Assembly (NCBI GenBank): GCA_040397685.1
Contig: JBBAVM010000001.1
Location: 64,432-125,881, forward strand
Source of the DNA: Pirellulales bacterium
GTDB taxonomy: Bacteria > Planctomycetota > Planctomycetia > Pirellulales > UBA1268
Length of the DNA: 61,450 bases
Reading direction: 5' to 3'
This document shows positions 39,912 to 48,191 of this stretch, piece by piece. The first letter of the stretch is position 1. Each line of letters starts with the position of its first letter. The position numbers and the translations under genes are program-made. A model generated the notes under the pieces. The model was not told the origin of the DNA and did not search any database. It worked only from the letters and a program-made list of their open reading frames with translations.

Positions 39912-40628
39912 TCAAAGAATTGTTGGCGCGAGCAGCAGGCTCGCGACCAGTTCGGGTACGCCTTCACAGGCAGTCTTGGCGATGCATTCGCACACGTCTG
40001 CGGGCACGAGATCGGGCACCTCGGGATTCACCACGATCCGCCGGGCTCGGCGGGGCGTGGCGAAGATGAGCGAGTTGGCCGGGTAGACCTCGAGCGACGT
40101 GCCGATGCACAGAAAAATATCGGCCTGCGACACGATCCTGGCCGCTTCGTCCATCGCCGGCACCTGTTCCCCAAACCACACGATATGCGGCCGCAGCTGG
40201 CTCCCGAGCGGGCATGTGTCGCCGAGGGCGATGTCGCGATCGCCCAGGTAGTGCGTATGGCTCGGATCCCGTGTGCTTCGGGCGTAGAGAATCTCGCCGT
40301 GCAGGTGCAGCACGTGCGTGGAGCCGGCCCGTTCGTGAAGGTCATCGACGTTCTGCGTGACGATGCGCACGTCGTAGGCCCTCTCCAGATCGACGAGCGC
40401 CCGGTGGGCGGCGTTTGGCTGTGCCGCCCGCACCTTCCGCCGCCGCACGTTGTAAAACTCGAGCACAAGCGCCGGATCCTTGGCCCAGGCCTCGGGCGTG
40501 GCCACGTCCTCCACCCGGTGGCCCTCCCACAGCCCGCCATCGCCACGAAACGTCTGCAGGCCGCTTTCGGCGCTGATGCCGGCCCCGGTGAACACGACGA
40601 GATTTTTCCGCGAGAGTTGAGGACGCAT
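39912..40628 (-). CDS. cobB: Sir2-family NAD-dependent protein deacylase (short CobB type)
   Basis: Motifs: FTGAGISAESGLQTFRG, QNVDDLHERAG, LHLHGE, IVWFGE, GTSLEVYPA. AAGGAGG SD in the 22-nt gap after the upstream gene. Confidence 0.85.
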   Translation of the reverse strand: MRPQLSRKNLVVFTGAGISAESGLQTFRGDGGLWEGHRVEDVATPEAWAKDPALVLEFYNVRRRKVRAAQPNAAHRALVDLERAYDVRIVTQNVDDLHERAGSTHVLHLHGEILYARSTRDPSHTHYLGDRDIALGDTCPLGSQLRPHIVWFGEQVPAMDEAARIVSQADIFLCIGTSLEVYPANSLIFATPRRARRIVVNPEVPDLVPADVCECIAKTACEGVPELVASLLLAPTIL

Positions 40629-40650
40629 GAATAGGCCTCCTTTCGGTGTC

Positions 40651-42096
40651 TTAGGTGTTGATGCTCAGGGCGTCTTCCCCGGCCTGGGCGATGCGAGCGA
40701 TCGCCGCGATCATTTCGGCGTGGGTCGGGTGGGACGGTGCCGTGCTGCGAGCTGGAGCCGTGGCGTCGCTCCGCAGCCAGCGCGGGAGTTCAATGCCCGG
40801 ATTCAGCCGCAGTTTTGCGAGCCCCGAGGGGCTCACGTGCCGCAATCCCCTGAGCGAGAGCGTGCCGCCTAAGTGGGAGACGAGGATGCCTGCGACGCGG
40901 TCTGTCACGCTCGCGACGCCGTCGAGCGTCAGCAGCGGATGCCGCACGAGCTCGCGGGCCGTGTCTTCGCTGAGGAGCGTGATGCCGTTGAGCGACAGTT
41001 CCCCGGCCCGGTGCGTCGCCAGGATCGTGGCCACCGGCGGCGTGACGTGCTCGATGTCGTTCACAAACAGCCCGGACAGTCCGGCGATGCCCCGTGGGCC
41101 CTGCTGGCTCGCGAGGATCCTGGCCGTGCGTTGATCCAGTTTCTTGAGCCCGCCGAGCGACAGCGGCCCGACATGCCGGATGAGCGCCGCGAGGTGGTGA
41201 TCCGCGATGCCATTCGGCGGCGAGAGTGAGAGGGACCCCTGGTGCTGGCCGAGGGAGTGCACGACCGCATCGGTGATCTCGACGGCATTGAGATAGAGCG
41301 GCCCTCGATGCTCGGCGAGAAGCTGGGCCTCGGTGGGAGACAGCGACTTGAGCCCCCTCAAGCACAGATGCCCCGTGCGGCTGCCGAGGGCGCGGGCCGC
41401 GGCTTCCTTGAGACGCGGGATCCCGTGGAGGTGCAGCTTCCCGCAATGCCTGGCCAGATGCGTCGCGACCCTGCCGGGCAGCCGGGAGAGCCCATCGAGA
41501 AACAGGTCACCGCGATGATGGGATAACGCAGCCGCGGCACCGGGCGACAGCTGCTTCAAACCCCAGAGGTAGAGCTCGTTGTCGTGCTGGGCCAGTCCGA
41601 GGGCCGCGTCGTCATCGAGGTGCTTGAGGCGGTTCAAGGAGAGTTCGCCATCGTGGCGGCCGAGTGCCCAGGCGGCCGCGTTCGAGAGTTTTCGGAGGTT
41701 GTTGAGCGACAGCCCGCCGCCAGCGTGCTTTCCCAGTTCGGCGGCGACGCCGTCGGTGATGGTCGTCAGCTTGTCGAGATAGAGATGCCCGCGGTGCTGC
41801 GCGAGTTGTCGAGCCACCGAGAGTGGAAGCCGGATGACTTCGTGCAGGTAGAGATGCGTGGCGTGGTGGCCGATGATGCCTTCGGCCGTGCCGGTGCCCA
41901 GGCGGCCAAGCACCACCTCACCTTTGGTGGCCGCCACGACGTGATCGCGCGCGTCGTGGGTTTCGCAAAAAACCGTCGGCCCTGTCGCCGGGATGGGCCG
42001 GCGAAAGAGGGCCACGATCTCGCGGGCTCGAGCCGCGTCGAGGTGGCGAATCCTGCTTGTGTGGTCGCGCAGGGAGGGCGGGCTGAGCGAGGCCAT
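40651..42096 (-). CDS. Repeat protein with about 15 tandem ~24-aa Leu-rich units (LRR-like)
   Basis: Start MASLSPPSL at 42096, at the edge of cassette 1. Recurrent L.L..L..L....A..La.H.G.L.L units, e.g. HRGHLYLDKLTTITDGVAAELGK / HDGELSLNRLKHLDDDAALGLAQ. Confidence 0.55.
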   Translation of the reverse strand: MASLSPPSLRDHTSRIRHLDAARAREIVALFRRPIPATGPTVFCETHDARDHVVAATKGEVVLGRLGTGTAEGIIGHHATHLYLHEVIRLPLSVARQLAQHRGHLYLDKLTTITDGVAAELGKHAGGGLSLNNLRKLSNAAAWALGRHDGELSLNRLKHLDDDAALGLAQHDNELYLWGLKQLSPGAAAALSHHRGDLFLDGLSRLPGRVATHLARHCGKLHLHGIPRLKEAAARALGSRTGHLCLRGLKSLSPTEAQLLAEHRGPLYLNAVEITDAVVHSLGQHQGSLSLSPPNGIADHHLAALIRHVGPLSLGGLKKLDQRTARILASQQGPRGIAGLSGLFVNDIEHVTPPVATILATHRAGELSLNGITLLSEDTARELVRHPLLTLDGVASVTDRVAGILVSHLGGTLSLRGLRHVSPSGLAKLRLNPGIELPRWLRSDATAPARSTAPSHPTHAEMIAAIARIAQAGEDALSINT

Positions 42097-42470
42097 CGTG
42101 CGCACTCCAGAATGAGCCACGCACCAAGAACCAGCCCGGCGGGCGTGCTGCCCGTCAGACTGCTGCAACATTGTTTCGTGAGGAATGAATCCTCACGCAC
42201 ATCCCGCCGGCATTTTCATGCCGACGGAAGCACCGTGTGCCTTGCAGGGGCTCGGTTGCGGAAACGCCCCGAGGCGTCTCCAACACGTCGTGGGGGACGT
42301 GTCGTTCCTGATGCTGATGTCATTTTACCGCATCACTGCATCGAAGGCCAGTTTTTCACGAGCAACGCGTGTCATAGTCGCGCTCGCGCAACTGCCGAGC
42401 GCAATCGTCGCGGACCAAGGTTGTCCCTGTCGTGCCTCACAATAATGACCTCGTTACCAGGAGGCTCCCA
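42097..42470. promoter_or_regulatory. Structured divergent intergenic region, cassette copy 1
   Basis: 374 nt between divergent start codons. Shares long identical blocks with 58566-58942. Inverted repeats CGTGAGGA..TCCTCACG (42177-42197) and ACACGTC-gtggg-GACGTGT (42283-42301). Motif GGACCAAGGTTGTCCC at 42412-42427. Confidence 0.7.
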
Positions 42471-42665
42471 ATGATCGGACCGGCAAAGAATCGACTGCAC
42501 GACTACGAAGCGGGGTGGCTCACGCTCTTGATCAAGATGGGCGTGGCTTCCCAAGCCGAAGCCCAGGCCGCGATGACCCGCGTCGCCCAGGCGGCGATCG
42601 ACGAGATGGAGGCGAAGCAGGAGAAACGGCAACGTGAACGAAAACGGCGCCAGAAACCTGATTGA
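42471..42665 (+). CDS. Small conserved protein (64 aa), cassette copy 1
   Basis: AGGAGG SD, then ATG 42471. MIGPAKNRLHDYEAGWLTLLIKMGVASQAEAQAAMTRVAQAAIDE.. plus a basic tail. Paralog at 58943-59137 differs largely by synonymous changes. Confidence 0.6.
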   Translation: MIGPAKNRLHDYEAGWLTLLIKMGVASQAEAQAAMTRVAQAAIDEMEAKQEKRQRERKRRQKPD

Positions 42666-42881
42666 AGGACGGCACCTCATTACAGGTCTGTCCGCCGACG
42701 GTTTCCGCAGGCTGCCACTATTTCGTTATCACCGTGGCTCGATGGGGCAGGTGTGGGCGACCTCAGCGGCATGAGCCACCGGGCACGCGTGAGGTCGGCC
42801 TGCGCGACGAAGGCTGGGAGGCCGATCTCGACGAGGCGAAGACGCCGGATCAGCAGGGCTAGGTGATCGCGTCGCGACCGC

Positions 42882-43130
42882 TCAGATTCGTCGGCGGTTG
42901 ATCGCCCGCAGGCCCGCGATCAGCACGATCGCGCCCACCGTCGCCGTCACGAGGCTGCCGACGAGCCCCGATGCCGAGAGGCCGAGCAGGCCAAACAGAA
43001 ACCCGCCGAGGATCGAGCCGATCACGCCCATGATCAGGTCGCTCACGAGCCCCGAGCCGCCCCCCTTCATGATCTGGCTCGCGAGCCACCCGGCCGCCAG
43101 GCCGATCGCCAGAAACCAAATAATGTCCAT
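42882..43130 (-). CDS. GlsB/YeaQ/YmgE family stress-response membrane protein
   Basis: Start MDIIWFLAIGLAAGWLAS at 43130. Gly-rich three-TM pattern typical of the family. Confidence 0.85.
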   Translation of the reverse strand: MDIIWFLAIGLAAGWLASQIMKGGGSGLVSDLIMGVIGSILGGFLFGLLGLSASGLVGSLVTATVGAIVLIAGLRAINRRRI

Positions 43131-43232
43131 AGCGCGAGCCTCCGGGAACGGACAATCCAGTTCAGATCCTACCCCCGGACACATGCGCAAATCCACGCCG
43201 CCGCCTGCCACCCAGGGCTACACTCGGAGCCC

Positions 43233-43628
43233 ATGGAGACTTTCCGCCTGCTCCTGTTCACCGCGCTCTGGACCGCCATCTGGGCGGCGCCGCTGCCCAA
43301 GCTCTCTCGTCGCGTGGAACTCGTCGCCGGGCTGATCCCGTTCGCGGCGTTCGGCCTGCGGGTGTTCGGAGCCTGCTTCATCGGCGTGCCCGACGACGAT
43401 CCCGTGCGCATGGCCGTCGCCCCGCTCGTGGACTGGGTCAATGGGGCGACGGGAGCGGTGCCGTTTCAGTGGGCGCTCGACTGCACCGTGGCGATCGGGC
43501 TTGTGTGGTTCGCGTCGATCGCCAACATCCCGCGGCGCTGGCGGCTGGCCACGATCTGGGTCATGCCGGCCATGGCCCTCGCGAGCCTCGCCTGGACGCA
43601 CTGGCTTCTCCCGCTCCGGAAGCCGTAG
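43233..43628 (+). CDS. Hypothetical integral membrane protein
   Basis: Four hydrophobic segments, followed by an intrinsic terminator. Confidence 0.5.
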   Translation: METFRLLLFTALWTAIWAAPLPKLSRRVELVAGLIPFAAFGLRVFGACFIGVPDDDPVRMAVAPLVDWVNGATGAVPFQWALDCTVAIGLVWFASIANIPRRWRLATIWVMPAMALASLAWTHWLLPLRKP

Positions 43629-43656
43629 CCGCCGCCTAGAGGTGGGCTGCGCTCAC

Positions 43657-43701
43657 ACGTGCCCTGTGCGATAGGTTTCTTTCGCACAGGGCACGTTTTT
43701 T
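43657..43701 (+). terminator. Rho-independent terminator
   Basis: ACGTGCCCTGTGCGA-taggtttctt-TCGCACAGGGCACGT followed by TTTTTT. Confidence 0.85.
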
Positions 43702-43796
43702 AGGCTTCTAACGCCGCCGAGTGACCTGCCCCCCTTAAACGTCGCCACTTTCAGAGAGAGAATCTCTGGGTGGTGCAACCCAAGGGAGGGCACGAG

Positions 43797-44078
43797 ATGC
43801 CACGAGGAAAGAAGTTCACGGCGGAGCAGATTATCGGAAAGCTCCGCGAGGCGGAGGTCGAGTTGGCTCGGGGCAAGACCGTGCCCGAGGTGGTGCGGAA
43901 GCTTGGCGTGACCGAGCAGACGTATTACCGCTGGAAGAGGGAGTACGGCGGCCTGCGAACGGACCAGGCGAAGCGGCTGAAGGATCTCGAGAAGGAGAAC
44001 GCTCGATTGAAGCGACTCCTGGCGGACGCCGAACTGGACAAGGCGATCCTGCGGGAGGCGGCATCGGGAAACTTCTGA
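43797..44078 (+). CDS. IS3-family transposase OrfA (HTH)
   Basis: MPRGKKFTAEQIIGKLREAEV..GVTEQTYYRWKREYGG..LKDLEKENARLKRLLAD. GGGAGGG SD. Confidence 0.9.
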   Translation: MPRGKKFTAEQIIGKLREAEVELARGKTVPEVVRKLGVTEQTYYRWKREYGGLRTDQAKRLKDLEKENARLKRLLADAELDKAILREAASGNF

Positions 44079-44977
44079 GCCCGGCGAAGCGGCGCCAGAC
44101 GGTCGAGCACGTGCGTGACACGCTCGGCCATGATGTGGTGACCGAACGCCGGGCATGCCGGGTGCTGGGGCAGGCCAGGAACACGCAGCGTCGGCAGGCA
44201 TGCGTTGCTGATGACGAGCCGCAGCTCGTGAAGCGGATCGTCTGGATGGCCAGCGAGTACGGACGCTACGGATACCGCAGGATTACAGCACTTCTGCGAG
44301 CGGAAGGCTGGTGGGTGAACCACAAGCGGGTGGAGCGGATCTGGCGACAGGAGGGCCTGAAAGTGCCTGCGAAACAGCCGAAGCGGCGGCGGCTCTGGCT
44401 TGGAGACGGGTCGTGCGTCCGGCTACGGCCGAGGCACCGGAACCACGTCTGGAGCTACGACTTCGTGATGGATCGGACGGCCGACGGCCGGGCGTTCCGG
44501 ATGCTGACGATCGTGGACGAGTACACGCGGGAATGCCTGGCGATCGACGTGTCGAGGAAGCTGACCAGCGAGGACGTCTTGGAAAGGCTGAGCGACCTGT
44601 TCGTGCGAAAAGGCGTGCCCGATCACATTCGCAGCGATAACGGCAGCGAGTTCACCGCGACACGAGTGCGGGAGTGGCTCGGCCGGGTCGGGGTGAAGAC
44701 GCTTTACATCGAGCCTGGATCCCCTTGGGAGAACGGCTACATCGAGAGCTTCAACGGCAAGCTGCGGGATGAGCTCCTGGCCCGCGAGGTGTTCGATACC
44801 CTGCTCGAGGGCAAGGTGCTGATCGAGTGCTGGCGGAAGGCCTACAACACGGTCCGACCGCACAGCTCACTCGGGTACCGGCCCCCGGCCCCGGAGTCGC
44901 GCCGCCCCTGTCCGCTTGCTTCGGCTACGCCTCAGCAAGCGGACAGGGGCGAGCCATTGGTAGGGAAACCCTATTGA
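44066..44977 (+). CDS. IS3-family transposase OrfB (DDE integrase core), expressed as OrfAB by -1 frameshift
   Basis: Slippery G_GGA_AAC at 44066-44072 in the orfA frame. The -1 frame continues ..LLSPAKRRQTVEHV.. into the rve core (WSYDF..DEYTRE..HIRSDNGSEF..GSPWENGYIESFNGKLRDE). Confidence 0.85.
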   Translation, partial: GKLLSPAKRRQTVEHVRDTLGHDVVTERRACRVLGQARNTQRRQACVADDEPQLVKRIVWMASEYGRYGYRRITALLRAEGWWVNHKRVERIWRQEGLKVPAKQPKRRRLWLGDGSCVRLRPRHRNHVWSYDFVMDRTADGRAFRMLTIVDEYTRECLAIDVSRKLTSEDVLERLSDLFVRKGVPDHIRSDNGSEFTATRVREWLGRVGVKTLYIEPGSPWENGYIESFNGKLRDELLAREVFDTLLEGKVLIECWRKAYNTVRPHSSLGYRPPAPESRRPCPLASATPQQADRGEPLVGKPY

Positions 44978-45061
44978 TAGAAACTGGTTCCATCAGTGGG
45001 GGCAGGTCAGGCCGCGCTGCACATTCCGATGCAGTCAGTGACTCGCCGATAGCGCCTCGAC

Positions 45062-45226
45062 ATGCATCGACGAGTCATGGGCGGCGAGGAGAGAAAGTAC
45101 CCCCGACAGGGATCCAACAAACGCGGTATCTCTCGGGGAAAACCCAAAAAGGGTAGGCCACCCGGCGCAAAATCCGGCACCACGAAAGCCAAACGATCCA
45201 AGGGCCGGAAGGGAGGTGCGAAATGA
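45062..45226 (+). CDS. Possible small basic AT-hook-like protein (54 aa) coupled to the recombinase gene
   Basis: MHRRVMGGEERKYPRQGSNKRGISRGKPKKGRPPGAKSGTTKAKRSKGRKGGAK. Its TGA (45224-45226) overlaps the recombinase ATG (45223) as ATGA. Below the track size cutoff. Confidence 0.3.
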   Translation: MHRRVMGGEERKYPRQGSNKRGISRGKPKKGRPPGAKSGTTKAKRSKGRKGGAK

Positions 45227-47244
45227 TGCACCTCCGCCAACCCATTGTTCTTGCCTTCGGGAAACCGTTTCGTGTGTTGATCCATGCCCGGTTCTCGACC
45301 GAGGAGCAGCGTCCCACCAGCATCGACGACCAGATCGCTGCCTGCCGCCGCTTCTTGGATGCAAACCTGCCCAAGGGCATGAAGCCCTCGCAGTTGGTGA
45401 TCGACTACGTCAAGGAGCCCGAGGTCAGCGGCGAGATTGCCGATCGCTCCGGCATCAATCAGGTCTGGGCCGGCATCGAGGCCAAGCGGTGGGATCTGAT
45501 CATCGCCGAGGAGTCGAGCCGTCTCTACCGCCACCACACGAAGGCCGGCGAACTCTTCGAGTCGGCGGTCGATGCCGGCGTGCGGGTGATCTGCCCGTCG
45601 GACTACATCGACACGGCCGACGACGACTGGCCCGACCGGCTGCATATGTGCCAGATGCAGCACGCCCGATCGAACTATTACGTGCGAAACCGGATCATGC
45701 GTGCCCACGAAGGTCTCTGGGCTCGCGGGGCTGCGGTCGGCATCACCGTGATCGGCTACAAGCGCCGACCGACGTTGCCGGCAACGAAGACCGAGCCGGC
45801 GAGGGGCCCCTTTTACGATGAGATCGACAAGAAGACGGCCCCAGTCATCCGAGAGGTCTTCAAGCGGATCGCGGCTGGCGAAACAGCAGCCGAGGTCGCA
45901 GAGTGGCTCGACTCGATCAAGTTTGCCAAGGCGAAGTGGGCACGGCAGGCCAAGTGGACGAAATACAACGTCAACTCGATCATCCGCCGGACGATCTATC
46001 GGGGTTTTGAAACAAACCGCAAGAAGGTCTCGAAACGAAAGCTCCGGACCGGCAAGTCGGAGTACGTTTGGAACGATCCCGACAAGGTAGAGACCCGCAA
46101 AAGCGAGCATTTGCGGATCGTGTCGGACGCCCTCTGGTATAAGGCCAACGAGGTCGTCGACAACCGTCGCCTCTTCAAGAAGCCGGTCCGCGGCGCGGGG
46201 TACCCGCTTCACGGCACGACCCGCCAGCGGCGTGGTCTGCTCTCGGGCGTATTCACCTGCGGCGTCTGCGGAGCACCGATGTATTCCTACGGGAAGACAA
46301 ACGGCTCGTACCGCTGCTCCGCATCAGCGCAGGGAAAGTGCTGGAACCGGGTCTACTGCGTCCGGAAACGCACCGAGCCGGCGATCCTCGAAGCGGTGGT
46401 CAACGAGGTGTTGTCTCTCGACGGTGTCCGCGACGCGGTGCTGGCCCGTGTTCGGGAACTGCACGAGAAAGGTGGCTCGCTGGCCGTCGAACTCAAGAAG
46501 CTCGATACGGAGGAAAAGAAGCTCGTAGCCTCAATCGAGCGACTATCAGCAGCGGTGGAGAGCGGCGACGGAACGCTCACGTCACTGACGTCGCGGCTGG
46601 CAGCTCGGGAGCAAGATCTCGCGATCGTGAGGGCCCGTCGGCAGGAGGTTGAGGAGCAGGCGGGTCGCAAGGAGAAACTGCCCTCTGCGACGAAACTCCT
46701 CCAGCACCTTGAGGCCGTGAAGACCCAGGTGCTCGGCGACGAGGCCCGGGCGGCGGTAATCCTACGGCAACTACTCGACGGGCCGATCCGTGTGGTGCCG
46801 TTCATGCGGATCGACGGTAGCAAGGTGGTGCCGCGGTTGGAGTTCACCATCAATCTCGTCGCGGCACTGCCGTCGGCGGTGGCGACGCGGCTTCGCCATC
46901 GGGCGGCCGTGGAGGAGCCGTCGGCCGACTCTCCGACGGTGCTCCAGCGGAAACTCCTCGTCAACGCCTACCACAATCCGCAAAAAGCATTGCACGCTTG
47001 CGCGATCGTGGAACGACGTCTGGCGGGGAAAACCACCAAGGAGATCGCCAAGGAATTCGGCCTCACGAAGGACGACATCCGAAACTGCGCACGGATCACG
47101 GAGTTGATGGAGGAGGCGGGCATTCCCGAGCCCTACCACCGACTCACGCAGAGACCGGTGCGCGTCGCCCGGTGGTCGAGCAAGCACTGGCTGCAGGATG
47201 AAGACCGCAAGGGCGGCGGTAAACGCCGCCGCCGGGCGTCATAG
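45223..47244 (+). CDS. Large serine recombinase
   Basis: Resolvase catalytic N-terminus (LIHARFSTEEQ), recombinase domain, zinc ribbon (CGVCGAPMYSYG..YRCS..GKCWN), coiled coil. Confidence 0.9.
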   Translation: MMHLRQPIVLAFGKPFRVLIHARFSTEEQRPTSIDDQIAACRRFLDANLPKGMKPSQLVIDYVKEPEVSGEIADRSGINQVWAGIEAKRWDLIIAEESSRLYRHHTKAGELFESAVDAGVRVICPSDYIDTADDDWPDRLHMCQMQHARSNYYVRNRIMRAHEGLWARGAAVGITVIGYKRRPTLPATKTEPARGPFYDEIDKKTAPVIREVFKRIAAGETAAEVAEWLDSIKFAKAKWARQAKWTKYNVNSIIRRTIYRGFETNRKKVSKRKLRTGKSEYVWNDPDKVETRKSEHLRIVSDALWYKANEVVDNRRLFKKPVRGAGYPLHGTTRQRRGLLSGVFTCGVCGAPMYSYGKTNGSYRCSASAQGKCWNRVYCVRKRTEPAILEAVVNEVLSLDGVRDAVLARVRELHEKGGSLAVELKKLDTEEKKLVASIERLSAAVESGDGTLTSLTSRLAAREQDLAIVRARRQEVEEQAGRKEKLPSATKLLQHLEAVKTQVLGDEARAAVILRQLLDGPIRVVPFMRIDGSKVVPRLEFTINLVAALPSAVATRLRHRAAVEEPSADSPTVLQRKLLVNAYHNPQKALHACAIVERRLAGKTTKEIAKEFGLTKDDIRNCARITELMEEAGIPEPYHRLTQRPVRVARWSSKHWLQDEDRKGGGKRRRRAS

Positions 47245-47372
47245 CCCAGACGCTTCAGTGAATTGCTGTGAAAAATGGACGGGCGTATACTCGTATCCGA
47301 GTCCGTGGCTGCGCATGCGTGGTGCGTACGTGTGGAAGCCATGACCGAAGACCATCTCGGCGGATCTGAACC

Positions 47373-47615
47373 ATGACGACGATTCAACTGACTCTCCCCG
47401 ACGACCTCGCACAGAAGGCGACGGAGGCCGGGCTTTTGTCTGCCGAAGCAGTTCAGGAAATGCTCCGTGAAAAGCTTCTGCGGCGGGCCGGCGAATCACT
47501 TCGGGAGATTCGCAGCCGGATGCCCAGCGAGGAGCTGACGCCGGAGATCGAGCAGGAGGTCGTTGAGGCCGTGCAAGCATATCGGGCCGAGCGACGTGCG
47601 CGACGGGTGGGCTGA
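47373..47615 (+). CDS. Putative type II antitoxin (partner of the PIN toxin)
   Basis: 80-aa charged helical protein ending 8 nt before the PIN gene. Confidence 0.55.
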   Translation: MTTIQLTLPDDLAQKATEAGLLSAEAVQEMLREKLLRRAGESLREIRSRMPSEELTPEIEQEVVEAVQAYRAERRARRVG

Positions 47616-47623
47616 TCTCTGCG

Positions 47624-48061
47624 ATGGCAGCTCGGCCGATCATCGCAGTGCTCGATACGAATGTGGTGATCGCCGGTCTCTTGTGGGCAGGGCCACCCTA
47701 TTCGCTCCTGATGCGAGCCACGGAGCGCCGCGATTTGCTGCTCGTGACAACGCCCACGCTCATAGCTGAACTCGGCGATACCCTTGCTCTGCCGCGGTTT
47801 CGCAGGCGGATAGCTGATGCCGCAATGTCGATCGAGCAGTTGGTGGGTGCCTACCGCGACGCTACGTGGCTCGTGACACCTCACGATGTGCCTCGTGTCG
47901 TCACCGACGATGTGGACGATGACCATGTCATCGCTGCGGCCGTCGCCGCACGGGCGCGATACATCGTGACCGGTGACCGCGCGCATCTGCTGCCCATCGG
48001 CACGCATGGTGAGATCGCGATCATCTCGCCGCGACAGTGCCTCGATCTGCTCGGGCCCTGA
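47624..48061 (+). CDS. PIN-domain toxin (TIGR00305-like)
   Basis: Motifs: IAVLDTNVVIAGLL, DDDHVIAAAVAARARYIVTGD. Confidence 0.8.
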   Translation: MAARPIIAVLDTNVVIAGLLWAGPPYSLLMRATERRDLLLVTTPTLIAELGDTLALPRFRRRIADAAMSIEQLVGAYRDATWLVTPHDVPRVVTDDVDDDHVIAAAVAARARYIVTGDRAHLLPIGTHGEIAIISPRQCLDLLGP

Positions 48062-48191
48062 AGATGCCGCAGTGCTGCTTCTTGCTGTGGCAAGCGCTGG
48101 CTGAAGGTGGGCGACCGCAACCGCCGCCTGGCCGGACGAACTTGTTTGGCATGCACGTGCCGTGGCTGTTGATTCCGCAACGCGATAGAGT

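Larger units (their letters stand above)
43722..45009 (+). mobile_element. IS3-family insertion sequence (1288 bp)
   Basis: Terminal inverted repeats TGACCTGCCCCC.. (43722-) and ..GGGGGCAGGTCA (-45009). Encloses orfA/orfB with a -1 frameshift site. No clear target-site duplication seen. Confidence 0.88.

Noticed and set aside
39912-40628. Sir2 gene as a defence-type NADase effector
   Set aside because: The full sirtuin deacylase signature and ~238-aa length match housekeeping short CobB enzymes. It is kept only as a caveat-laden context finding, not called as a defence gene.
42097-42171. Upstream ATG (42171) giving the LRR-like protein a 25-aa N-terminal extension (MLQQSDG..GSWCVAHSGVRT)
   Set aside because: In cassette copy 2, a 1-nt indel in the corresponding stretch breaks that frame. 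Conservation there is at nucleotide level rather than protein level. The GGAG lies upstream of the 42096 ATG, which is shared with copy 2.
43717-45014. Target-site duplication flanking the IS3 element
   Set aside because: The flanks (..GCCGAG and GGCCGC..) do not form a convincing 3-4-bp direct repeat, so none is claimed.
45007-46212. 401-aa minus-strand ORF
   Set aside because: It is antisense to the large serine recombinase, which has clear catalytic and zinc-ribbon motifs.
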